Source of the DNA: a virus
Lineage: Duplodnaviria > Heunggongvirae > Uroviricota > Caudoviricetes
Virus record (IMG/VR): IMGVR_UViG_3300050821_004987
Coordinates: 64,577 to 128,576 of that record
Direction: 5' to 3' (one strand)
Length of the DNA: 64,000 nt
Shown here: in pieces, positions 1-9,700 of the stretch
How the letters are laid out: each line of letters begins with the position of its first letter
How positions within the stretch are numbered: position 1 is the first letter of the stretch
Notes under the pieces: model-generated
The model's database searches: none
What the model saw: only the letters and a program-made list of their open reading frames with translations
What the model was told of the DNA's origin: nothing
Made by a program: the position numbers and the translations under genes

Positions 1-1
1 G

Positions 2-1153
2 CATTTTCCAAAGGTAGCAGTAGCGGGAGCAATCTACTGCCACAAATCGCCACCTAGCATGCCGATGGTTTTCAGAGGTAACGGAGCCGGTCCGTACTGG
101 GATTGGAAAGTCGGAGAGGTCTTCGACATCAGTGGTATTGGCATGGGAGCTACGTTGATCAGAGTCGATGCGTTGGTCAATTTGCCCAAGCCTTGGTTTA
201 AGACGATCGACTCGGTGGAACGCTACATGGATGGGATTCCACAGGGAGATCTTTGGACAGAGGATTTGTACTTCTGTAAGCTGGTCAAAGACGCCGGGTT
301 CGATATCATAGCCGACGGTGGACTACTATGCGATCATTGGGACGCCAAGACACATACGCCCTACAATTTGCCAGCACACAGTAAGCCAATGAGACGGACA
401 GAAGTACCGGTCGGCACGAAAAGGATTGTTGATCTCGGCTCTGGTCCGATGAAGGACAGCTACAACACGCAAGAAGGAACAGTTCTAAGAGTAGATATCA
501 GAGAAGAGGTGGCACCAGATTACAGATGCGATCTGCGCTGCCTGCCATTCGGTAACAAGGAATTCGATATAGTTTTCTCCAGCCACGTACTGGAGCATTT
601 TCCAAGGAACGAAGTCGGCAAGGTACTAGACGAGTGGATCAGAATTATGAAAGACGATGGTGAGTTCCGGCTCATCGTTCCGAATCTGGCTTGGGCAGCC
701 CAGCATATCTTGAACAAAGAGATCGACAACGATGTGATGAATGTGCTGTACGGAGCACAGAGCTATGAGCACAATTATCACAAGTGTGGTTTCATCGAGC
801 AGACGATCGAACAGTTGTTGGCCGAGCGGGGGTTCAAGAAGTTTGTGTGGGATTTCAACAATTATCATATGTTCGTGCGGGCCTGGAAAGTACCACCAGC
901 TGAGTCGATAGCTCCGGGAGAGGTAGCACCGATCTCGAGAGTAGCCGCTGACAGCTTTGTAAGAACAGATGAGAATCCGATTGTACAGTTAACAGACGAA
1001 GGGGAAGAGGAACTAGAAGTACAGAAAGAGATGGATCGTGTGATGAGTGAAGTAGATCATGCGACGGTAGAGATGCCTCCGACGTTGGCGGAGTTAGTAC
1101 AAGTTGAAAAGGGACTAGTAGAAACGATGGAAGAAGTGAAAAAGGAGAGCTAA
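2..1153 (+). CDS. 5'-partial fusion protein: C-terminal part of a GT-A (family-2-like) glycosyltransferase joined to a class I SAM-dependent methyltransferase
   Basis: Reading frame is open from the window start into the ATG at 59, so the gene starts upstream. '[20 protein letters not shown]' resembles a GT2 C-terminal region. 'VDLGSGPMK...[16 protein letters not shown]' is a Methyltransf_11-like SAM-binding core. Confidence 0.55.
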   Translation, partial: HFPKVAVAGAIYCHKSPPSMPMVFRGNGAGPYWDWKVGEVFDISGIGMGATLIRVDALVNLPKPWFKTIDSVERYMDGIPQGDLWTEDLYFCKLVKDAGFDIIADGGLLCDHWDAKTHTPYNLPAHSKPMRRTEVPVGTKRIVDLGSGPMKDSYNTQEGTVLRVDIREEVAPDYRCDLRCLPFGNKEFDIVFSSHVLEHFPRNEVGKVLDEWIRIMKDDGEFRLIVPNLAWAAQHILNKEIDNDVMNVLYGAQSYEHNYHKCGFIEQTIEQLLAERGFKKFVWDFNNYHMFVRAWKVPPAESIAPGEVAPISRVAADSFVRTDENPIVQLTDEGEEELEVQKEMDRVMSEVDHATVEMPPTLAELVQVEKGLVETMEEVKKES

Positions 1154-1154
1154 G

Positions 1155-2039
1155 ATGAGAAAAAGAATGGCAGTGGTAGCGAGTTTGTTGATGACGTTGC
1201 TGTTGTTGACGGGCTGTCCGAATGGGACAGCATCGTTGACGAGTGTAACGCCAAGTAAGATCACAGAAGGTTCACCAGCAGTAACGTTAACGATCGTCGG
1301 AAAGAATTTCGTACAGCCGGTAACGATCGGTTGGAATGGAACGGCACAGATCGATTCGCTGGTGACAACGTTCGTCAGTTCAACAAAACTGACGGCTGTG
1401 GTGCCCGCATCTTTCTTAACAGCGCCGGGTACAGCAACGATAGTAGCTTTTCAAACGGGGCAGAATCAGACGGTGACGCAGCCGTTGACGATTACGATAG
1501 CCAGTAATGTGCCGACGCTGACCGCAATGAGTCCACAGCACATCATTTCCAATCAGACGTCGACAACGTTAACATTGACGGGAACAAACTTCACAAGTTC
1601 GTCGGTAGTAGACTGGAATTCAACAGCACTGACGACAACATTTGTCAGCTCTACACAGTTAACAGCTTCACTAGCTCAATCTCAGTTTCAGACGTCGGGA
1701 GTACAGAAGGTAACGGTAGTCAATTCCGGTGGAACATCGAATGCGCTGAACTTTACAGTCGTAGCGCCGCTGACGATCACAACAGCATCTTTGCCCGGAG
1801 GTACAGTAGCGACAGCTTATTCAGCAACACTGGCAGCGACGGGTGGTACGTCGCCATATACTTGGTCGCTATCAGCCGGTACGTTGCCGGCGGGATTGAC
1901 GTTGAGTCAATCGACAGGAGTGATCAGTGGTACGCCGACAGCAGCGGGAACGGCTTCAATCACAGTTCAATGTGTAGATTCGACCGGTACGTTGGCGATA
2001 AAGAGAATCGGTCCGCAGCCTCCGGCAAAGAAGCATTAA
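1155..2039 (+). CDS. Lipoprotein with IPT/TIG-like and 'putative Ig' repeats (surface or fibre-associated)
   Basis: RBS AAGGAGAG before the ATG. Lipobox signal 'LLLLTGC'. Repeated '[23 protein letters not shown]' Ig-like modules and '[19 protein letters not shown]' (He_PIG-like). Confidence 0.5.
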   Translation: MRKRMAVVASLLMTLLLLTGCPNGTASLTSVTPSKITEGSPAVTLTIVGKNFVQPVTIGWNGTAQIDSLVTTFVSSTKLTAVVPASFLTAPGTATIVAFQTGQNQTVTQPLTITIASNVPTLTAMSPQHIISNQTSTTLTLTGTNFTSSSVVDWNSTALTTTFVSSTQLTASLAQSQFQTSGVQKVTVVNSGGTSNALNFTVVAPLTITTASLPGGTVATAYSATLAATGGTSPYTWSLSAGTLPAGLTLSQSTGVISGTPTAAGTASITVQCVDSTGTLAIKRIGPQPPAKKH

Positions 2040-2051
2040 AGGAGAAGCTAG

Positions 2052-5000
2052 ATGAAGAAGTTTCTAATCAGACTAGCTTTAGTAGTAGCACTATGGCTGT
2101 TCGCTGGGATTCCATTGCTAGCACAGAATCAGAACGTAACGGTGCAGTATGGAATTCAAATCAACGGACAGCCAATAGTGCAGTTCAGTCCGACGAGTCT
2201 GACATTTGGAAACCAGAACATAAATACGACAAGCGCTTCGCAAGCCATCACGATGACGAATGCCGGGACAGCGACACTTACGATCACTAGTCTAGCAGCC
2301 AGTTCACAGTATGCCGAGACAGATAATTGCGTTGGTGCCTTGGTAGCCAATGGGACTTGTACGATCAATGTGACGTTTACGCCGACAGTGGCCAGTGTAG
2401 TGAGTGGTACGATAACGGTGACAGATAATGCACCGACTGGCAATCCAAATACAGTTTCGTTATCTGGCACGGGAGTCAGCCCAAACGTTACAGTACCGGT
2501 AGACGCTTACATGAATTTCGATCTAGCGACTCCATCAGCTCCCGGAACGCAGTTGACTAGCCCCATTTTGTTAAATGGGACAGCTGGTTCAGTGCTGAGT
2601 GGGTGGGGTTCTTCTGGGACAGCAGCCAACATGCAGGTCGGGTTGCACAATCCTAAATGTTTTTTGAAGAATACGTTGACAGTTGGAGGCGTTACCTACT
2701 CTCCAGGAATGACGTCGCAGTCTTTCAAGCTGATAACGACAAACAACAATACCTTTTGGACTGGGAACTACAACAGCTCGGGACATGCAAAGATTGTCAG
2801 CTCCGGTTGTCTAACGATACCGACGAACGTAACTGGTGGTCCGATGGATATAGACAATATCCAGGACGCTGGTGGATTCGTTCAGTGGCTGCAAATAAAC
2901 ACTGGTGCAACGACAATGGATGTAGAAGTATCGCCGAGTCCAGTTACGGCGAATATCAATGTCAACGCCGGAGAGTCCTATCACTTCACGATGCTTGACG
3001 ATGAAGTGAATGGGAAAGCCTGTTTCGCGGTATATCAATGGAACTATCCATATACTCAGCAAGGTCCAATCGGAACAGGTCCGGGTGGATCACAGTGTCA
3101 CACACAGACGACTTCAACGGCTATCACAGCCGTACGTCTAGGAAATGCAGAAGCTGGAACTTGTAGTGGTTGTTCCTTGTCTTTCGAGAATTTAATTTTT
3201 GATTCTACCAACGCTTTGTTCCCAGTAGTGCCGACATACTCGGCATTACCAGCGCCGATCATTCCGCCATCGCGATCGATCGATTGGACGAAGGCTGGAG
3301 TTACTGGTGGAATCCCGACGCGCACGAACGTCTGTACAACGCTTGGAACAGCCGGACAGCTTCCTGTATTCGTACAGGCTGTGACAGCAGCACAGATCAT
3401 TTCCGCTATCAATTCCTGTGGTCAGAACAATGTCGTGTTGTTGAATCCAGGAACGTACAATTTGACAGCTCAGTTGACGATTACGAATATAGCAAACGTC
3501 ACGCTGAGAGGTTCTGGAGCCGACCAGACGATTTTGGTTGGGAGTGGCATTGGCACGACTTGTGGAACCGGTCTGCCGGTGATTATATGTGTTCGAGCCA
3601 CGGATGGAAACTATTCAGGCGGACCGACGAATACAGCTAGTTGGACGGCCGGATATCTTCCGGGAACCACAACGATCACGCTTTCTGCGGTGCCAAATCT
3701 TGTCGTCGGCCATATGATTATTCTTGATCAGTTGGACGATACGAACTTCGGCTGCGATTCTGGAAAAGTATTGGTGTCCGATATCACGACAGTTTGTGGG
3801 CACGGCTCACCAGTCTCGCCTGGAATCAATGGTCCCTATGACGGAGACGGAAGTGGCGGGGGCAATAGACCACAGCGTGGTCAGATGCAAATTGTCAAAG
3901 TGACGCAATGCGATGGAAACAGCACAATCGGTCACGCTTGTTCTTCTGGAACGAATATTGGTATCAGTCCCGGCCTGTATATGTCCACTTGGAACTGGTC
4001 GCCGGGAAATAATTTGCCACAAGCGTGGTGGGCAACGGCACCGTCGCATGGTGTCGGTCTGGAAGATTTTACAGTAGATGGTTCAAACAATGGCGCCAAC
4101 ACGGATGGATGTAGTGGTGGAGTCAACGTAGCTTTCTACAATGCCTACGACAGTTGGGCGTATGGACTTCGTAGCATAGATAGCGTGAAGGCACATATCG
4201 AGTCTAACTGGTCTGCACATATCACAAGGAGAGCGAACTATCTTTATTTGACGCAGAATGCGGGTTCGACGGGTGGCACGTCGGGCAACCCGACTGGCTG
4301 TGCGTATGGGATGGAAGACTTTGCCAGTTCCGATAACTTGACAGAGAACAACATAATGCAGGCGGTAGCTACGCCGCATATTTTCAACGGGCCTTGTTCG
4401 GGTTGTGTGGATAGCTACAATTTTTCGATCTTAGACTTATATCTCGGCACACCGCTTTACAGTTCCAATGCACACAGCGATCACGGCTACACGGACATGG
4501 CGTTGATGGAAGGAAATATTGGAAACGTCGTCAACGCAGACAACACACACACGACGAGGAATCTGGAGACATTCTTTAGGAATTATTGGACGGGTCCATC
4601 GATCGGTTGGCAGAGCAGCACGGATGTAAGCACAACAGTCCGTGCAATTGCCACGGGCACCTTCGCACTTACTACTCAGAACAATTCGCCGTTCGTGATC
4701 AATTCGTTCAATCGCTTCTTTAACGTCATTGGAAATATCCTAGGCACGCCGGGAACGAATACGACGTACGAGAACAGTGGGTCGGCTCCGGTATTCGACA
4801 TTGGAAATGGAAACGCTAGCTATGGCACGGCCAACGATCCAAACGTACTAGCAACGACGATGATCTGGGGGAACTGTGATTCAGCGAACGGTTTCGCAAA
4901 TTGCCGATTCGTGAACAGCGAGGTTCCTAGTTCTCTTTCCAATCAAGGGCAGTCATTTCTGGCAAGTTTTATTCCAGTCAATCATACGCTGCCGGCGTCC

Positions 5001-5204
5001 TTGTATCTGACAGCTAAACCAAGCTGGTTTGGGACGGTGCCATTTCCTCCCATCGGTCCAGATGTTACGGGAGGAAACGTTTCCGGAGTGAATGGAACGG
5101 TGAATATGATTCCAGCCGAGGTCTGTTATCTGAATATCATGGGCGGTCCAGCCAATGGAGTGGGACCGGTACTGACGTACAGCCGTACGGCTTGTGGGTT
5201 CTAG
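2052..5204 (+). CDS. Large secreted protein with right-handed beta-helix-like region (tail spike, fibre or adhesin-like)
   Basis: Sec signal peptide 'ALWLFAGIPLLAQNQ'. Ig-like 'choice-of-anchor' N-terminal repeats. 'NIANVTLRGSGADQTILVGSG' resembles pectate-lyase-like beta-helix repeats. 1050 aa. Confidence 0.45.
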   Translation: MKKFLIRLALVVALWLFAGIPLLAQNQNVTVQYGIQINGQPIVQFSPTSLTFGNQNINTTSASQAITMTNAGTATLTITSLAASSQYAETDNCVGALVANGTCTINVTFTPTVASVVSGTITVTDNAPTGNPNTVSLSGTGVSPNVTVPVDAYMNFDLATPSAPGTQLTSPILLNGTAGSVLSGWGSSGTAANMQVGLHNPKCFLKNTLTVGGVTYSPGMTSQSFKLITTNNNTFWTGNYNSSGHAKIVSSGCLTIPTNVTGGPMDIDNIQDAGGFVQWLQINTGATTMDVEVSPSPVTANINVNAGESYHFTMLDDEVNGKACFAVYQWNYPYTQQGPIGTGPGGSQCHTQTTSTAITAVRLGNAEAGTCSGCSLSFENLIFDSTNALFPVVPTYSALPAPIIPPSRSIDWTKAGVTGGIPTRTNVCTTLGTAGQLPVFVQAVTAAQIISAINSCGQNNVVLLNPGTYNLTAQLTITNIANVTLRGSGADQTILVGSGIGTTCGTGLPVIICVRATDGNYSGGPTNTASWTAGYLPGTTTITLSAVPNLVVGHMIILDQLDDTNFGCDSGKVLVSDITTVCGHGSPVSPGINGPYDGDGSGGGNRPQRGQMQIVKVTQCDGNSTIGHACSSGTNIGISPGLYMSTWNWSPGNNLPQAWWATAPSHGVGLEDFTVDGSNNGANTDGCSGGVNVAFYNAYDSWAYGLRSIDSVKAHIESNWSAHITRRANYLYLTQNAGSTGGTSGNPTGCAYGMEDFASSDNLTENNIMQAVATPHIFNGPCSGCVDSYNFSILDLYLGTPLYSSNAHSDHGYTDMALMEGNIGNVVNADNTHTTRNLETFFRNYWTGPSIGWQSSTDVSTTVRAIATGTFALTTQNNSPFVINSFNRFFNVIGNILGTPGTNTTYENSGSAPVFDIGNGNASYGTANDPNVLATTMIWGNCDSANGFANCRFVNSEVPSSLSNQGQSFLASFIPVNHTLPASLYLTAKPSWFGTVPFPPIGPDVTGGNVSGVNGTVNMIPAEVCYLNIMGGPANGVGPVLTYSRTACGF

Positions 5205-5213
5205 GAGACGTAG

Positions 5214-6710
5214 ATGGCTACTCCGACTCTAAAGAGGTCATGGGGTTTTGTCGGAATCAGCAGTAACAATGCTGGTATTGGAAATAATTTTGTCATCAAT
5301 CTAGAAGCCAGTGGGACGCCTTGTGCGCTGGCTGCTGGAGATTGCGTGGTCGTGGCGGTGCGTTGTCCTTTCGCTCGTACGGTGACAGTGACCGATAATA
5401 AAGCCGGTGGTACCAATACCTATACCAGCCAAGTGAGTGGGCACGATGCTGGCAGCGTAAGTAAAGCAGCTATTTTTACTTCTATAGCGACTGGATTCGC
5501 TTCACAGATTACGATTACGTTCGATACGAATACCGCTGACATTCAGATCGACGCGGCTATTTTCTACAACGTAGCAGCTTCCAGCATCATTGATGGTACT
5601 TCATTTACGGCAGACATCACGCCTACGAACAACACAAATCCTAACGTCTCGGCTGGTAGTATGACGACGACAGTGGATGGGGATTTGATCTACTACATCG
5701 CTTTCGATCAGTCCTCTGCGCTTGGCATTGTCAACACGATCAATTCGACGGCTTGGGGTATTGGATACTCCGGTTTGTTCGCAGAGACAAATTTTAACGG
5801 AGCTGCGTCGCAGTATATTGTCCAGAGTTCTCACGGGGCTATCAATCCAGGAATGCTCTTTTCACAGACGACGCACGATACGTTTCTAGCTTTGGCGATT
5901 GCGATCAAGCCTGGTACAGGTGGAGCAGCTCCGACTGGTAATTTTTACATCCTACGGACGCAGCACTTTTTCAATAATGTGCAGGCGAGCGTGAATTTGA
6001 CGACAGCTTTTCCGACATCCGGAAATCTATTCGTCGCTATCAACGAAGCCGGTACGGTCGGCGTGTCCATGACTTCTGTTACCGACAGTATAAATCCTAC
6101 ATGGACAGAAGAAACTGCACATCCAGCCACGTATCCGCAAGTATTTTTTGCTCCGAATGCCACGCCTGGTAATGCCATGACGGTTACTCTGCATTTTGGC
6201 GCCGGAACGGGCCAAGACTTGGTTTGTCTGTACGACATAGTGGGCGCAGCTACAGCTCCATTGGATACCGGCGTAACGGTTCCTGGAGGGGCAGACACTT
6301 CAAACGTAACGGCCACCAACAGTGGTGCGACGAAGAACACGGGCTCGCAGGTAGGAAACGGTGGAGCTAATGCTCCACTCGACGAAGCGCCATCTATCAT
6401 TCCGACGACGGCAACGGGATTGATTATTGCCGCCTGCCAGATGGGGAATGGTCCAATAACGGGAGCCAATCAGACGTTCGATTATATGAGTGCTACCTGG
6501 TCAGCCAGTGGAGACTCACAGTCGTTTTCCAATGGTGACGGCATGGGTCACGTTTTCCAGACGAGCACTTCTAATCAGGACATTCACTGGACTTGCTCAG
6601 GGCAAAGTGTCGCGTCTTCTTGGGCGGGACTCGCTATTTCTTTCAAAGCCGCGCCAGCAGTACAAGATACGGTTTCAGAGTCTTTGGTATACAGATACTC
6701 CGGGGACTAA
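5214..6710 (+). CDS. Hypothetical Thr/Gly/Ala-rich protein, probably structural
   Basis: 498-aa ORF with RBS GGAGACG. Small-residue-rich, no enzymatic motif. Flanked by fibre-like genes. Confidence 0.4.
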   Translation: MATPTLKRSWGFVGISSNNAGIGNNFVINLEASGTPCALAAGDCVVVAVRCPFARTVTVTDNKAGGTNTYTSQVSGHDAGSVSKAAIFTSIATGFASQITITFDTNTADIQIDAAIFYNVAASSIIDGTSFTADITPTNNTNPNVSAGSMTTTVDGDLIYYIAFDQSSALGIVNTINSTAWGIGYSGLFAETNFNGAASQYIVQSSHGAINPGMLFSQTTHDTFLALAIAIKPGTGGAAPTGNFYILRTQHFFNNVQASVNLTTAFPTSGNLFVAINEAGTVGVSMTSVTDSINPTWTEETAHPATYPQVFFAPNATPGNAMTVTLHFGAGTGQDLVCLYDIVGAATAPLDTGVTVPGGADTSNVTATNSGATKNTGSQVGNGGANAPLDEAPSIIPTTATGLIIAACQMGNGPITGANQTFDYMSATWSASGDSQSFSNGDGMGHVFQTSTSNQDIHWTCSGQSVASSWAGLAISFKAAPAVQDTVSESLVYRYSGD

Positions 6711-9700
6711 ATGGCTTACGTATTCAATCAGGAATGGGCTGAGCCACTAACACAGCAAGAGGCTGTGGTAGTCGGTATCGGTTTGTTGCTGACAGATAAT
6801 CTGTCCTGGAAAGATGGTGTATCATTCTTAAAGGATGCTACACACAATCTCAATTCCGGATTGACATCACAAGCTTTGATTTCAGAAGCTTTGCCAATGG
6901 CGCAAGGCGATCAGTTGGTGATGCTTCTGGCTGTACAGTTGGTCTTGGCAGATAACGTAGCTGTTACAGCTCCGGGACCATCTGGTTGGTTGGATGAGTT
7001 CAGTTGGATGGCCCCGGGAAATAACACGACTGGACCAGCTCATCATTACAACAGCTTCGGAAACGTAGCCGAGCGGTTGCAGCAGTTCATAGATGCTCCG
7101 AAGATTGTTCTTATCGGAAATTTGTTCTTAACGTTTGCAGAGAGTTTGAATTTCTGGTTAGATCAACAGACGCCACCGATAGTAGCCGAGTGGGATATCA
7201 TCATTGGTTGTCCGCATCTGAATAACTGGCTGGATCAGCAAGTAGACTTCGCAGTTACCCCAGATCAATTTCATCTGTCTGATATTTTGACGCTGTCAGA
7301 TGGGTTCAGCAGCTTGCTCAGTTTGCCATTGACAGAAACTTTGTCAGATACGTTGACTTTGTCCGATGCGTTAGCAGTTGGTTATGGAGACGCCGTTACC
7401 GATACGATGACGATGTCGGATCAGTCGCCAACAATTACGGGCGAGTATGATCTGGTGTTGGGTTGTCCACATCTGAATAACTGGCAGGATGCCGTAACAG
7501 AGCAACTGTTAAGTGCCGGGGGACTGACAGAAAATCTTTCCGATACGTTGACGATGAGTGATGCCTTGGGCTTGGGTTATGGCGAAGGCATGGTCGAGCA
7601 GCTTACGTTGTCAGACCAGTCCAGAGTGGGCTACGGTTTCCAGATAGCCGATACATTGACGATGTCAGACGCCGATGTAGCCGTGCTGGGGATAGTTAAA
7701 CTTTTTGCAGACACGTTGACATTATCAGACGCTTTGATAATCGGATACGGTGGTGGTATCTTCGAGACACTGACAATCTCAGACGCCAACAGTCTCGGTT
7801 ATGGTTTCCAGATCACAGATACGTTGACGTTGACAGATGGATTTATCATAGAGGAGTTCGGTGGCTCGTTCATCTATGAGCTAGCGGTCGGACCGATAGT
7901 GGTTGCTACCGGGACGGCTGGTAATGAGTCGATGACGTTGACAGACGCCCTAGCTTCCCAGCTTGGGTTAGTAGCAGCATTTTCAGATACGTTGTCACTG
8001 TCAGACGCGTTGGGGATTGGATACGGAGAAGGGTTAGTAGAACAGCTAACACTTTCAGACACTTCCGGAGTTGGTTACGGATTTCAGATCACAGACATTT
8101 TGACATTGTCGGATAAGCTGGCTATCGGATATGGAGATTTGCTTACAGACACGTTGACGATGTCGGATGCTGTCAACGAATTCTTGAACCAGCCAAACTT
8201 GACGGAGACATTTTCTGATACATTGACATTGTCGGACAGTCTGATCCTTGGGTATGGAGATCAGATCACGGATAGCTTGACGTTGAGCGATCAGTTGGGA
8301 GTCGGCTATGGTGATGCGGTCAACGATACGCTCACATTGACGGATGCCTATTTGCCAGCTTTCGGATTGACAGAGAACCTTTCCGGTACACTTGCGATGT
8401 CGGATGCGTTGGGAGTTGGCTATGGGGAAGGAATAGTCGAGCAACTGACATTCAGTGACCAGTCGTTGGTCGGCTACGGTTTCCAGATCACGGACACTTT
8501 GACGTTGAGTGATGCTCTGATAGTTGGCTACGGGAACTTGGTCAACGACGCGTTGACGTTATCGGATGCCTTTTCGATACAGCCTGGATTGATAGAGCTT
8601 CTTTCCGACACGATGACGCAGTCAGACTCAGATCAGCTTGGCTATGGTCTGTCGATCCCAGAACAGCTGGTTCAGACAGACGCTTTGTTGTTGGGGTATG
8701 GAGATCTGATAGCTGAGCCACTAACTCTTTCAGATGCTTTGTTGATTGGCTATGGGGATCTGACCACAGATCAGTTGGTACTGACAGACGCCTTTGCAGA
8801 AGCAGCTGGTGGGTCAATCATTTCAGAAGCGTTATCAGACCAGTTGACTTTGTCAGATGGTCTAGCAATCGGATATGGCGATCGCGTAACAGATCAACTG
8901 GTGATGTCAGATCAATCGCCAACGATTACGACAGAGTGGGACATCGTCATCGGATGTCCTCATTTGAATAACTGGCAGGATGCTGCGAAGGTTCTAAAAG
9001 GTTTGTTAGAGAATCTGTCTGACACGATGACGATGTCGGACGCTTTCAAGATGGGGCAGCAGGTAGGCAACATCACAGATGTGATGACGCTGTCAGATGG
9101 TCTGATGATCGGCTACGGAGACGCCTTAACAGATGCATTAGCACTTTCAGACAGCTTCGGTTTTTCAGCAAATGTCATCGGACAGCAACTTTCTGATATT
9201 CTAACGTTGTTGGATGCCGTGGCTATCTTCGTCACCGTACCCGTCTTTGCAGATGATATGATAATGTCGGATGCCTTTGCCTATACGTTGGCAAATGCTA
9301 CGATCCTTTCAAAGACATTTGCAGATACGCTGACGCTTTCAGACAAGCTGAGAATCGGGTATGGCCTAGCAGTAAGCCCAGATCAGCTGGCACAAACGGA
9401 TGCTGTTGCTGAGTTCTTGTCGACGTCGAATCTACCAGAGGTGCTGGTAGACACGTTGACGATGTTGGATCAGCTGGATCATATCGGTTACGGTTTCCAG
9501 ATATCTGAATTTATTCGCGGAAGAATACAGCTGGCTTTGGATGGTTTCAACAGACCAAATGAGAACCCTATCAATACGAATTGGAAACCGACGTTACATC
9601 AGCATACTTTGATGGGGCAAGTGATTAACGATCAGTTGATAGGACAGAATGGGACTGGTAGTTTGGATTTCGTAGTCGATATGATTTACAACGGGGGAAT

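Noticed and set aside
1862-3640. + strand alternative-frame ORFs nested in larger genes (1862..2290, 2657..2998, 3284..3640; similarly 17227..17547, 52376..52741, 55210..55545, 42585..42878)
   Set aside because: Embedded out of frame within long, well-supported ORFs. No independent start signals.
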